Of a DNA stretch of 64,000 bases, positions 56,382-64,000 are shown piece after piece; the first letter of the stretch is position 1, and the number at the start of each line of letters is the position of its first letter. This DNA is from Thermoanaerobaculia bacterium (GTDB lineage Bacteria; Acidobacteriota; Thermoanaerobaculia; Multivoradales; UBA5704). The notes beneath the pieces are model-generated. The model searched no databases. It saw only the letters and a list, made by a program, of their open reading frames with translations, and was not told the origin of the DNA. The translations under genes and the position numbers were made by a program. Location of the stretch: assembly GCA_035940855.1 (NCBI GenBank), contig DASZEM010000012.1, positions 130,791 through 194,790 of the forward strand, given 5' to 3'.

Positions 56382-56882
56382 CTAGACCGCCCGCAGCCTG
56401 CGGACCGTCACCGCGCCGCCCCCAGACAGGAGGGTTCTGGGAGTGTTGCGGACCTCCACCACGATCTCCTTGAAGTGGACGTTGCCCACCGGCGTGTCAC
56501 CGGGCAGGGGCGTATCGGCGATGCCGTTGTCCTGGAGGTCGTTGAAGCTGAACTGCCGGATCGTCGTGGTGCGGTACCAGAGGGCGTTGCCGGCGGTGGG
56601 CGTGCCGGCGGCCCACGCCTTGGTGGTGGCGGACCAGTACTCCTTGGTCACGCCCTCGGTCTTCCCGGCCGGCACGATCAGAGTTTCGAAGGGGACCTGC
56701 AGCAGCTCCTCGACGCGGGACCTGGCGAGGTTGCTCACGTCCGTGGCGTCCCGGCCCGAGAGGTTGCTGCGGATGGCCTGCGCGAACAGGGGCAGCACGC
56801 CGAGGGCGATGATCAGGAAGATCGCCGAGGCGATCAGCACCTCGACCAGGGAGAATCCGCGTTCCTGCTTCCTCACTTCCAT
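56382..56882 (-). CDS. pilV: Type IV pilus modification protein PilV.
   Basis: 'ERGFSLVEVLIASAIFLIIALGVLPLF'. It begins at an internal Met of the 382-aa track ORF. Confidence 0.75.
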   Translation of the reverse strand: MEVRKQERGFSLVEVLIASAIFLIIALGVLPLFAQAIRSNLSGRDATDVSNLARSRVEELLQVPFETLIVPAGKTEGVTKEYWSATTKAWAAGTPTAGNALWYRTTTIRQFSFNDLQDNGIADTPLPGDTPVGNVHFKEIVVEVRNTPRTLLSGGGAVTVRRLRAV

Positions 56883-57517
56883 GTCCAGGCCCTCCCGCCG
56901 TCGCCGTTGGCGTACCAGTCCTTTTCTTCGCCGTCTCCGTCGTCGGGCTTCGTGCATAGGAGGCACTTGCGGACCTCGATCCGCGCCGTAGCCAAGGGCG
57001 CGACCCGGACTGACAGGAAGTTGCCGAAGTCGTCGCCGAAGTGGAAGCTGCCGGTGTCCTCGACCGAGCCGTCGCCCCGGAAGACGGCCACGTGCACCTC
57101 GCCTCCCGCCGGATCCTCGGTGAGCTTCGGCACCGAGTCCTTGCCCGCCAGATCGGGGGGAGCCAGCAGGTGGACCCGGGACGGCAGGGGGATGGTGCCC
57201 AGGGTTTTCCGGTCGCTGTCCTGAATTCCGTCGCCGTCGCAGTCGACGACGCCCTCCATCCGGTCCGGGTTGGTGGCGTCGGCGACCAGGGGGCGCACGA
57301 ACACCGTGCAGGACTGCTTGATGGCCTCCAGGCGCGCCAGCCGCATCAGCGTCGCGGTCTCGTCCGCGGCTCCGCGCAGCTTGCCCTGGCGCATCACGGT
57401 GAACAGGGAGGGGACCGCGAAGCTCAGCAGGATGCTGAGGAACACCAGCACCACGAGCGTCTCGATCAGCGTGAAGCCGCGCGCCGCGCGGCTCGTCCGG
57501 TCTCTTTTCATGGTCAT
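56873..57517 (-). CDS. fimT: GspH/FimT family minor pseudopilin.
   Basis: 'ARGFTLIETLVVLVFLSILLSFAVPSL...LRGAADETATLMRLARLEAIK'. Confidence 0.75.
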   Translation of the reverse strand: MTMKRDRTSRAARGFTLIETLVVLVFLSILLSFAVPSLFTVMRQGKLRGAADETATLMRLARLEAIKQSCTVFVRPLVADATNPDRMEGVVDCDGDGIQDSDRKTLGTIPLPSRVHLLAPPDLAGKDSVPKLTEDPAGGEVHVAVFRGDGSVEDTGSFHFGDDFGNFLSVRVAPLATARIEVRKCLLCTKPDDGDGEEKDWYANGDGGRAWTWK

Positions 57518-57532
57518 GGCGCGCCGGCAAGG

Positions 57533-57549
57533 AGCAAGGCGGGTGCCAG
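57533..57549 (-). promoter_or_regulatory. Sigma-54 promoter (TGGCAC-N5-TTGC) directly upstream of fimT.
   Basis: The minus strand reads CTGGCACCCGCCTTGCTCC, ending about 15 nt before the fimT ATG. A palindrome gttacc-caa-ggtaac at about 57648-57663 lies about 110 nt further upstream and is a candidate activator site. Confidence 0.5.
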
Positions 57550-57764
57550 AGCCGCCACGGGCTCTGGAAAACGGCGGAAGGCTTTTATTTCCAGCTACTT
57601 GACAAGGGAGCTGCCGCGGAAGCCGAGGCTCAGCCTCAAACCGGTCTCGTTACCCAAGGTAACAACCGTGCCACGGATAGATTATCGAGCCTGCTCTATG
57701 ACCCACTTCAGTCCTGCCCATCTTCGCCCAGGCGATCGTCAACACCTGGGCGGGCGCCATACCC

Positions 57765-57856
57765 AGAACATCGAGACCATCCAGTCGGACAACGGGCTGG
57801 TCTGCATCGCTCCGGTCCCCGTCTGCCTGGTCCGGAAGAACTGGAGGGAGAACTAG
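57765..57856 (+). repeat. Inverted, diverged (~85% identity) copy of the last ~90 bp of the pilY1 coding sequence plus its stop codon.
   Basis: It translates to '...TQNIETIQSDNGLVCIAPVPVCLVRKNWREN*', versus the pilY1 C-terminus '...NQTIDIKTISSDTRLFCIAPVPVCTIDKNWREH*'. No intact upstream ORF exists. Confidence 0.6.
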
Positions 57857-57955
57857 GGGCTGCGTCCCACCGCACCAACTCGGCGCTACCTTCAAGTCAT
57901 GGGGCGCGCTCCGGCCCTGCCGGCCGGCCTCCGACGCCCCGGACAAGGAGCGCAC

Positions 57956-58264
57956 ATGAACCGCACTCGCCGAGCCGTCGCCGTCTTCCTGCTCGCCCTC
58001 ACCGTCGCGCTGCCCGTGGCCGCGCTGCCGGCCCCGGCGCGGGCTCACTCCTGGCCGGGCTTCTTCGCGGCCCTGTGGGCCCGCGTGGCGCCCATCCTCG
58101 GGATCGCCGAGAAAAGCCGGGGGGGCGCGGACCCGGACGGCCTGACGGTCCCCGCCCCCACGAACGAGGACGATTCCCGCGGCAGCGCGGACCCGGACGG
58201 CCTGACGGCCCCAGCCCCCACGAACGAGGACGATTCCCGCGGCGGCGCGGACCCGAACGGCTGA
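57956..58264 (+). CDS. Small secreted repeat peptide (102 aa), paralog 2 of 2.
   Basis: AAGGAG RBS. Signal peptide MNRTRRAVAVFLLALTVALPVAALPAPARA, a W/F-rich segment, then two 20-aa repeats 'RGxADPDGLTxPAPTNEDDS', ending 'RGGADPNG*'. The repeats are encoded by a 60-bp tandem DNA repeat at about 58125-58263. Confidence 0.55.
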   Translation: MNRTRRAVAVFLLALTVALPVAALPAPARAHSWPGFFAALWARVAPILGIAEKSRGGADPDGLTVPAPTNEDDSRGSADPDGLTAPAPTNEDDSRGGADPNG

Positions 58265-58289
58265 CCGCGCCTCCCCTCCCGTTTTTCCC

Positions 58290-58319
58290 GACGCCGGACA
58301 TGGACCGGCGTCTTTTTAT
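58290..58319 (+). terminator. Rho-independent terminator after the small peptide gene.
   Basis: Stem gacgccgg/ccggcgtc (8 bp) followed by TTTTTAT. Confidence 0.6.
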
Positions 58320-58350
58320 CTATACTCTTTCCAGGAGGAGAAAAAACACC

Positions 58351-59712
58351 ATGCCTGGAGAGCACGTGTCGCGGGAAGTGATGCAGAGGTTCTTCCGGTC
58401 GGAGCTGTCGCGGCGGGACACCCACGAGGTCGTCCGCCACCTGATGCGGCAGTGTCCAACGTGCCTGGAAGTTGCCGTGGAGGTCGGGGCCGAGGAAGGG
58501 TACGTCTACCAGGAGGGAGATTTCCAGAACGCCCTCTTCCCGGAGGACCCGGAGCGCTACGACGACGTCTTCCAGCGCCTCCTGGGCTCCGTGGACGAGG
58601 TCCGGCTCGACCTGGCCCGGGAGCGCCTGCGCGGCATCGGCCTCTGGCACGTCCTCGAAAAGTACGACCAGGAGCGGCGGCTCGCGATGATCCGGCAGGA
58701 CCCGAGGATGCATACGTGGGGTCTCTACGACCGCCTCCTGGAACAGTGCCGGGTCCTGGGCTTCCGCGCTCCGGCCTCCGCCGCCCAGGTCGCCGAGCTG
58801 GCCCTCACCGTGGTGGAGATCCTGGATCCGGTCCGGCATGGAGCGGCGCGGATCGCCGATTTCCGGGCCGGGGCGCTGGCGGCGCTCGGCAACGCCAAGC
58901 GGCTGGCCTCCGACTTCGAAGGCGCCCGGAGAGCCCTGCGGCTGGCTCGCGAGGAGCTAAGCCGGGGAACGGGCGATCCCCTGGAAGAGGCCCACGTCCT
59001 CTCGCTTCAAGCGAGCTGGCACAAGGATCTGGGAGAGTTCGAGGAAGCGCTGGAGATCCTGGACCGCGCCATTGCGATCTACCGCGAGATCAACGATTCT
59101 CACATGGAAGGACGGGCTCTGCTCAAGAAAGCCGACATCTTTGGTTATTTCCAACCTGAAAGGGCGATCGAGCTAGCCCAGGAAGGTCTCGCCCTGATCG
59201 ATCCCCTGCGTGAGCCCCGCCTGGAATGGTGCGCACGGCACAACTTGGCCTATTCCCTTACTGACGCCGGCCGTCCCCAGGAAGCCCTGGTGATGCTGGA
59301 GCTCTCCCGGCCTCTCTATGAGCAGTTCCAGGACCCGTGGACCCGCGTCCGCCTCCACTGGCTGGAGGGCAAGATCGCCCGCAGCCTGGGAGACCTCGCG
59401 GAAGCGGAAGAGATCTTCAAGCGCCTGTGGTACGACCTCCAGGAGCCCTCCCAGGCGCACGAGCTGACCCTGGTCTCGCTCGAGCTCGCGGAGGTGTACG
59501 TGGCCCGGGGCAAGCACGAGGAGGCCGCGGAGCTGGTCGAGGAATTCCTGCCGCTGCTCCGGGACTGGGGAATGCACGCGGAAGGTCTTGCCCTGTGGCT
59601 GCTGATGCACCAGGCCGTCGAGGAGCGGCGGGCGGAAGCGGTGCTCTTCCGGCAGATGGCGGAGTACCTGAACCGGGCCTGGTTCCGGCCCCTGGAGAAA
59701 CGGGACAACTAG
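58351..59712 (+). CDS. TPR-repeat regulatory protein with an N-terminal HxxxCxxC zinc-finger-like motif (anti-sigma-factor-like).
   Basis: AGGAGGAG RBS. 'HEVVRHLMRQCPTCLE', then multiple TPR-like helices. Confidence 0.6.
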   Translation: MPGEHVSREVMQRFFRSELSRRDTHEVVRHLMRQCPTCLEVAVEVGAEEGYVYQEGDFQNALFPEDPERYDDVFQRLLGSVDEVRLDLARERLRGIGLWHVLEKYDQERRLAMIRQDPRMHTWGLYDRLLEQCRVLGFRAPASAAQVAELALTVVEILDPVRHGAARIADFRAGALAALGNAKRLASDFEGARRALRLAREELSRGTGDPLEEAHVLSLQASWHKDLGEFEEALEILDRAIAIYREINDSHMEGRALLKKADIFGYFQPERAIELAQEGLALIDPLREPRLEWCARHNLAYSLTDAGRPQEALVMLELSRPLYEQFQDPWTRVRLHWLEGKIARSLGDLAEAEEIFKRLWYDLQEPSQAHELTLVSLELAEVYVARGKHEEAAELVEEFLPLLRDWGMHAEGLALWLLMHQAVEERRAEAVLFRQMAEYLNRAWFRPLEKRDN

Positions 59713-59732
59713 GGTCTGGGGCGAGGAGCGCG

Positions 59733-61484
59733 CTAGGCCGTTCCGCCCTCTTCCGAGGGAAAGAAGAGGACGGCCCGCGCTCCTCCTCCGTCGCGGTCCT
59801 CCAGGCTGATCCGGCCGCCATGGAGGACCACGACGCGCTGGGCGAGAGCGAGCCCCAGCCCCACGCCCCCGGGACGGCCCGTGACGAAGGGGTGGAAGAG
59901 CCGCTCCCGGATCTCGGGACGGATGCCGGGGCCGCGGTCCTCGATCGCGATCTCGATCCCGTCCGGCTGCTCCTCGACGCGGACGCGGACGTCGACCGGG
60001 CCGGAGCGCCCCGCCTCCCGCTCGGCCTCGACGGCGTTGTGGAGCAGGTTGCGGATCGCGCGGTCGAGCAGTTGTGGATCCCCCTGAAGGTGAGGCCCGG
60101 GCTCGGGGGCCTGGAGGCGCACGCTGAAGCCATCCAGGGCCGGGTCGGCCGCGGCGCGCTGGAGAAGGGGGACGAGGGAGATCTCCTGGAACCGGGCCGT
60201 GCCCGGACGGGCGAAGGCGAGAAAGTCTTCGAGCACCCGCTGCAGGTGGTCCGCCTCGGTGCGGATCTCGCCCAGGTAGTCGGCCGCCGACTCTTCGCCG
60301 GGCTGCCGCTCGATCAGCGTCAGATAGCCGCGCAGGGTCGCCAGGCTGTTGCGCAGCTCGTGGGCGACGCCGCCGGCCAGCTCGCCCAGCCGGGCCAGGC
60401 TCTCGGAGAGGCGGGCCTCCTCGGCCCGCTTGCGCGGCTCGGTGAGGTCGGCGAACAGGACCAGGTAGCCGCGGATGGCGCCGTCGTCCCGGCGCAGGGG
60501 GTGGACGGTCAGCCCGAGGGTGCGCTCGGCCTCGCCCACCCTCAGGGTGCATTCCTGCCGCTGCATGCCACCGCCCTGGCGCACGGCGCCGGCCAGGAGA
60601 CCGGCGAGGTCCGGAAGACTGGCGAGCGCGGCGGCGAGAGGCGTGCCCGGGGCCGGCGGGGCCAGGCCCAGGAGCCCCGCGCCGACGGCGTTGACGGCCA
60701 GCACCGCCCCCTCCCGGTCGAGCAGCAGCAGACCGCTCTCCAGGCTCGCGAGGAGCGTGCGCTCGACGGCGGCGATGTCGTCCTCCGGTTCCCGCTCGGC
60801 CCGGGAGAGCTCCGTGACCGCCCGCTCGAAGGTGGCGAGGAGGAACTCGATCTCGCCCTCTCCCGCGCCCGGCTCTCCCACCTGCTTCGCCCGCTCGAGC
60901 AGGGTGTCGTAGGGGGCCAGGAGATGGCGGATGAACAGGATCACCAGCAGCACGAGCGCGCCGTCGATCGACAGCACCACGGCCGAGAGGATGCGCAGGC
61001 CCCGCAGCAGCCCCGCGAGCGGGCCCGCCGGCAGGTCCACGCGCACGGAGCGCCCGCCCACCAGGGGAGCGAACCCCGCCACCACGTCCCCCAGCTCCTC
61101 GTTCGGACCGGCCGCCACGGGCTCGCGGATGGCGGTCCCGGCGAGAGACGCCGGCAGGCCCGCCGGCGGGAAGTCGCCGGTGGCGGCCAGGGGGCGGCCC
61201 TGGGCATCGAGCAGCGCGATCCCCCGCGCCAGGGGCGCGAGCCGGCGCAGGTCCTCGGGGGCCGGCACGCCCTGCCCTCCCGCCGCGGCGATCCCTTCGG
61301 CCACGCCGCGGGCCAGGCGGGCGGCCTCCTGCTGGCGCTCCGCCTGGAGCAGCGACAGGGCGTCGCGGTAGGAGAAGAGGGTGAAGCTCGAGAGCACGGC
61401 GAGGAGCAGCAGGGCGACCGGCAGCAGGATCAGGATCTCCCGCCGCAGGCCCAACCGGCGTCCCAGCCGCGGCTCGGAGCTCAT
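59733..61484 (-). CDS. Two-component sensor histidine kinase (two TM segments, HAMP/PAS-like region, HisKA, HATPase_c).
   Basis: H-box 'GVAHELRNSLATLRGY', N-box 'LLHNAVEA' and G-boxes 'DRGPGI' and 'GLGLALAQRVV'. The start is MSSEPR. The upstream part of the track ORF is non-coding-like. Confidence 0.8.
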   Translation of the reverse strand: MSSEPRLGRRLGLRREILILLPVALLLLAVLSSFTLFSYRDALSLLQAERQQEAARLARGVAEGIAAAGGQGVPAPEDLRRLAPLARGIALLDAQGRPLAATGDFPPAGLPASLAGTAIREPVAAGPNEELGDVVAGFAPLVGGRSVRVDLPAGPLAGLLRGLRILSAVVLSIDGALVLLVILFIRHLLAPYDTLLERAKQVGEPGAGEGEIEFLLATFERAVTELSRAEREPEDDIAAVERTLLASLESGLLLLDREGAVLAVNAVGAGLLGLAPPAPGTPLAAALASLPDLAGLLAGAVRQGGGMQRQECTLRVGEAERTLGLTVHPLRRDDGAIRGYLVLFADLTEPRKRAEEARLSESLARLGELAGGVAHELRNSLATLRGYLTLIERQPGEESAADYLGEIRTEADHLQRVLEDFLAFARPGTARFQEISLVPLLQRAAADPALDGFSVRLQAPEPGPHLQGDPQLLDRAIRNLLHNAVEAEREAGRSGPVDVRVRVEEQPDGIEIAIEDRGPGIRPEIRERLFHPFVTGRPGGVGLGLALAQRVVVLHGGRISLEDRDGGGARAVLFFPSEEGGTA

Positions 61485-62278
61485 AGCAGCCGCGCGTAGG
61501 CCTGGACGAGCGGCTCGCCGGCAAACAGGGCGATCAGCCCGCCGAAGGCGAGAAAGGTGCCGAACGGCAGCCGGGACTTGGCGCCCAGGCCGCCCCAGGC
61601 CATGAGCGCGAGCCCCACCATCGATCCCGACAGGGCCGCGATGAAGAGCGTCACCAGCACGCCCTTCCAGCCCAGGAAGGCGCCGACGGCCGCCAGCATC
61701 TTGGCGTCGCCCAGACCCATGCCCTCCTCGCGCCGCACGAGGTACCAGGCGCCCCAGACGGCGAGCAGGATGCCCGCGCCCAGCGCGGCGCCGAAGGCGG
61801 CCCCCGCCAGGGCTCCCCACGGCCCGTCCCACAGCCGCGCCCAGGGGAGGAACGGCTGCAGGAGGATGCCGAGCGCGATGGCGGGCCAGGTCAGCGCGTC
61901 GGGCAGGATCATGTGGTCGAAGTCGATGAGGGCGAGCGCCAGCAGGAGGCCGCACAGAAGCGCGGCCGCCGGGGCCTCGAAGGAGACGCCGAAGCGCAGG
62001 AAGCTCGCCAGGAAGAGCGCCGCCGTGGCGGCCTCGACCAGGGGATAGCGCCAGGAGATCCGCGCCCGGCAGGCGCGGCAGCGGCCGCCGAGCAGCAGGT
62101 ACGAGACCACCGGGACGTTGTCGCCGGCGCGGATGGCGGCCCCGCACTCGGGGCAGCGCGAGCGCGGCAGCACCGTGGAGATCCCCCGCGGCAGGCGGTA
62201 GACCACCACGTTCAGATAGCTGCCGACGATCAGGCCGAGGACCGCGGCGTAGATGCCGAGGAGGACTTCGAGTGGCAC
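61481..62278 (-). CDS. pilD: Prepilin peptidase / N-methyltransferase PilD (A24 family).
   Basis: N-terminal Cys tetrad 'CPECGAAI...CRAC' and the catalytic Asp region 'GMGLGDAKMLAAVGAFLG'. Confidence 0.85.
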   Translation of the reverse strand: MPLEVLLGIYAAVLGLIVGSYLNVVVYRLPRGISTVLPRSRCPECGAAIRAGDNVPVVSYLLLGGRCRACRARISWRYPLVEAATAALFLASFLRFGVSFEAPAAALLCGLLLALALIDFDHMILPDALTWPAIALGILLQPFLPWARLWDGPWGALAGAAFGAALGAGILLAVWGAWYLVRREEGMGLGDAKMLAAVGAFLGWKGVLVTLFIAALSGSMVGLALMAWGGLGAKSRLPFGTFLAFGGLIALFAGEPLVQAYARLL

Positions 62279-62291
62279 GATGCCCGGGATT

Positions 62292-64000
62292 CTACGCGAT
62301 CGTTCTAGGCGATTGTTCTACGACAAGGGAGCGGCGGCGTCCCGTCCAGGCCAGGGCCGCCGCGCCGAAGGCCAGGGAGGCGAGCGTCACGCCGGCGCCG
62401 AGGCCGACCAGGGGGTCGCGGTATTCGAGCACGAGGCGGTGCTCGCCGGCTGGCAGCTCGACGCCGATCTGGCAGGCCGCGGTCGGATACGCGGGCACGG
62501 GCCGCCCGTCCACCCGGGCCCGCCAGCCCCGGTCGAACGTCGACGCCACGACCAGGAAGGCGCCGTCCCGCGAGCGGTAGCGGACCACGGCCCGGGCGGC
62601 CTCGTCCACGACGCCCAGCAGGCGCGGAGGGCGCGTGTAGGCCAGGCTCGCCGGCGGCCGGCCCGGCCGCACGCACTGCTCGCGGCGGCCGACCCGCCAC
62701 TTCGAGGCCCGGGCGGCAGCCACGGCGGCCTCGTGGCTCGGATGGAAGGTCACGCGGGGCACGAAGCGGAAGCGGGGAAGGACCAGGGCGTTCTTGACGA
62801 TCTTCCTGGGCAGGGTGGAGGAATCCTTCTCGGCCGCGAGCTGCTCCCGCCGCGTCAGGGGCCGCAGCACGGTCCCGACGTTCCACGCGCCCAGGTAGCT
62901 GTAGGCCATCGGCGGCTGGCCGAGCTCGGCGACGAGGAGGTTCTGCGCCTTGCGTCCCCAGCCGGTGAGCAGCATCTCGAAGTCGAGGTCGAACGCGTAG
63001 GGGATGTTCCAGAGCAGCCCCGCGTAGGGGCTCAGGATGGCGACCTGGGTGCGGGCGCCGCGGCTCCGGGGATCGCCGCCGCGGGCCATCAGGTCGCTCG
63101 CGCCAGCCAGGGGGTCTTCCGGGAAGATGCGGTCGCGGATCGGCGCCATCGCCCTGGCGAGCGGCGGCACGTCGCGGTAGACCGAGGCCGGCATGACCCG
63201 CAGGAACCCGTGTCCGTAGTACCAGAGATCGGCGGCCAGCAGGAGGAGGGCCAGCCGTTCGAGCAGGCGCCGGGAGGGCCGCCGCCACCGGCAGAGGAGC
63301 AGCAGGCCGGTCACGGCCGCGGCGTTCACCACGGCGACCGCGCTCTCGAAGAAGAGGTAGGACAGGGCGAGGCTCCGGGCCTGCTGCGAGGTGTCGGGCC
63401 GGCCGTGAGAGTAGACCAGCCAGGCGGCGATCCGGGGCTCGAACACGAACAGCAGGCAGAACGTCAGGGCCGTCGCCAGCACCACCACGGCCAGCGCGAG
63501 CGGCAGGTCCGCGGAATCCCGCCGGCCGGCGTCGCGGTCGTCGAGCAGGCGCTGCCAGCCGAGGACTCCGGCGAAGCCCAGGGTGAAGACGGAGAGCAGG
63601 ATGAACTTCTCCGGGAAGCGGAGCACGGCCAGCACGGGGACCGTCCTGCGGAGAACCTCGTACAGGGGGTTGTAGCGCCCGAGCGCGAGGAGGATCCCGC
63701 CGAGGATCGCGAGGACCCAGGCGGCGCGCCGGGGGATGGGCCCGCGGATCAGGGCGGCCAACCCCAGCACGGCCAGCAGGAGGCCCGGATAGAGCGACTC
63801 GACGTAGGGATAGTCCCGGTCGTTCAGCTTCCAGCCCATGAACAGGCCCCTCTCCACGCGCGCCGGATCGCCGAAGAAGCGGGGGAAGACGGCCTCCACC
63901 AGGCGTTCGGGCGGCATCGACCAGGTCGTGGCCGTGCGGGCGGGGATGTCTTTGCGCGGCGAATCCGCGATGCGGCCCAGCGTGGGGAGCAGTTGGACGG
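62292..64000 (-). CDS. YfhO-like polytopic membrane protein. The 5' end runs beyond the window (partial).
   Basis: Many TM helices. The reading frame remains open upstream of the first in-window Met through position 64000. Confidence 0.6.
   Translation of the reverse strand, partial: VQLLPTLGRIADSPRKDIPARTATTWSMPPERLVEAVFPRFFGDPARVERGLFMGWKLNDRDYPYVESLYPGLLLAVLGLAALIRGPIPRRAAWVLAILGGILLALGRYNPLYEVLRRTVPVLAVLRFPEKFILLSVFTLGFAGVLGWQRLLDDRDAGRRDSADLPLALAVVVLATALTFCLLFVFEPRIAAWLVYSHGRPDTSQQARSLALSYLFFESAVAVVNAAAVTGLLLLCRWRRPSRRLLERLALLLLAADLWYYGHGFLRVMPASVYRDVPPLARAMAPIRDRIFPEDPLAGASDLMARGGDPRSRGARTQVAILSPYAGLLWNIPYAFDLDFEMLLTGWGRKAQNLLVAELGQPPMAYSYLGAWNVGTVLRPLTRREQLAAEKDSSTLPRKIVKNALVLPRFRFVPRVTFHPSHEAAVAAARASKWRVGRREQCVRPGRPPASLAYTRPPRLLGVVDEAARAVVRYRSRDGAFLVVASTFDRGWRARVDGRPVPAYPTAACQIGVELPAGEHRLVLEYRDPLVGLGAGVTLASLAFGAAALAWTGRRRSLVVEQSPRTIA

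Noticed and set aside
57041-57856. A 271-aa plus-strand ORF.
   Set aside because: Most of it is antisense to fimT and its promoter. Only the last ~30 codons are meaningful, and they are the diverged copy of the pilY1 3' end, so it is annotated as a repeat.
59173-61524. A 783-aa minus-strand ORF, a 720-aa plus-strand ORF, and the N-terminal ~220 codons of the 804-aa histidine-kinase ORF.
   Set aside because: Alternative frames of, or antisense to, the histidine kinase and pilD. The kinase starts at an internal Met (MSSEPR), and the upstream part overlaps pilD out of frame.

Overview
This is a roughly 70% GC bacterial chromosomal segment. A TIGR03436-type 'VWFA-related Acidobacterial domain' protein suggests Acidobacteria, but that is inference. 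About two thirds of the window is densely packed housekeeping genes: yebC-ruvC, ftsEX, gatB, an MscS channel, pgeF, rlmN, tatA, an SLT transglycosylase, Fis, ybgF/cpoB-bamD-rpe, nfo, rseP-cdsA-uppS-truA, a DUF2029 plus GT2 glycosyltransferase pair, ychF, and selA overlapping a sigma-54 enhancer-binding protein. The accessory content falls into five groups. (1) A sigma-54-promoted minor-pilin/PilY1 operon (fimT-pilV-pilW-pilX-pilY1 plus two tandem secreted paralogs) lies beside pilD and a sensor kinase, and is bracketed by an inverted ~90-bp copy of the pilY1 3' end. (2) Two paralogous small secreted peptides carry 'DPDGLT...RG' repeats and a C-terminal DPNG; each sits divergently beside a candidate sigma-54-driven operon of secreted proteins. 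(3) A ~330-bp palindromic array of ~20-bp repeats lies upstream of a tandem pair of DUF4214-like secreted paralogs. (4) A lower-GC island at ~35.8-42.9 kb has an intact RHH antitoxin next to a twice-frameshifted MazF/PemK toxin, a large beta-solenoid two-TM protein, a Ski2-like helicase, a small ORF plus Cys-rich secreted protein, and a HicB-like gene. (5) A UPF0175/DUF3368 TA pair has a frameshifted toxin. A receiver-domain/Ser-Thr kinase fusion runs off the 5' edge. No rRNA, tRNA or CRISPR was seen. Coordinates derived by eye rather than from the ORF track may be off by a few bp.
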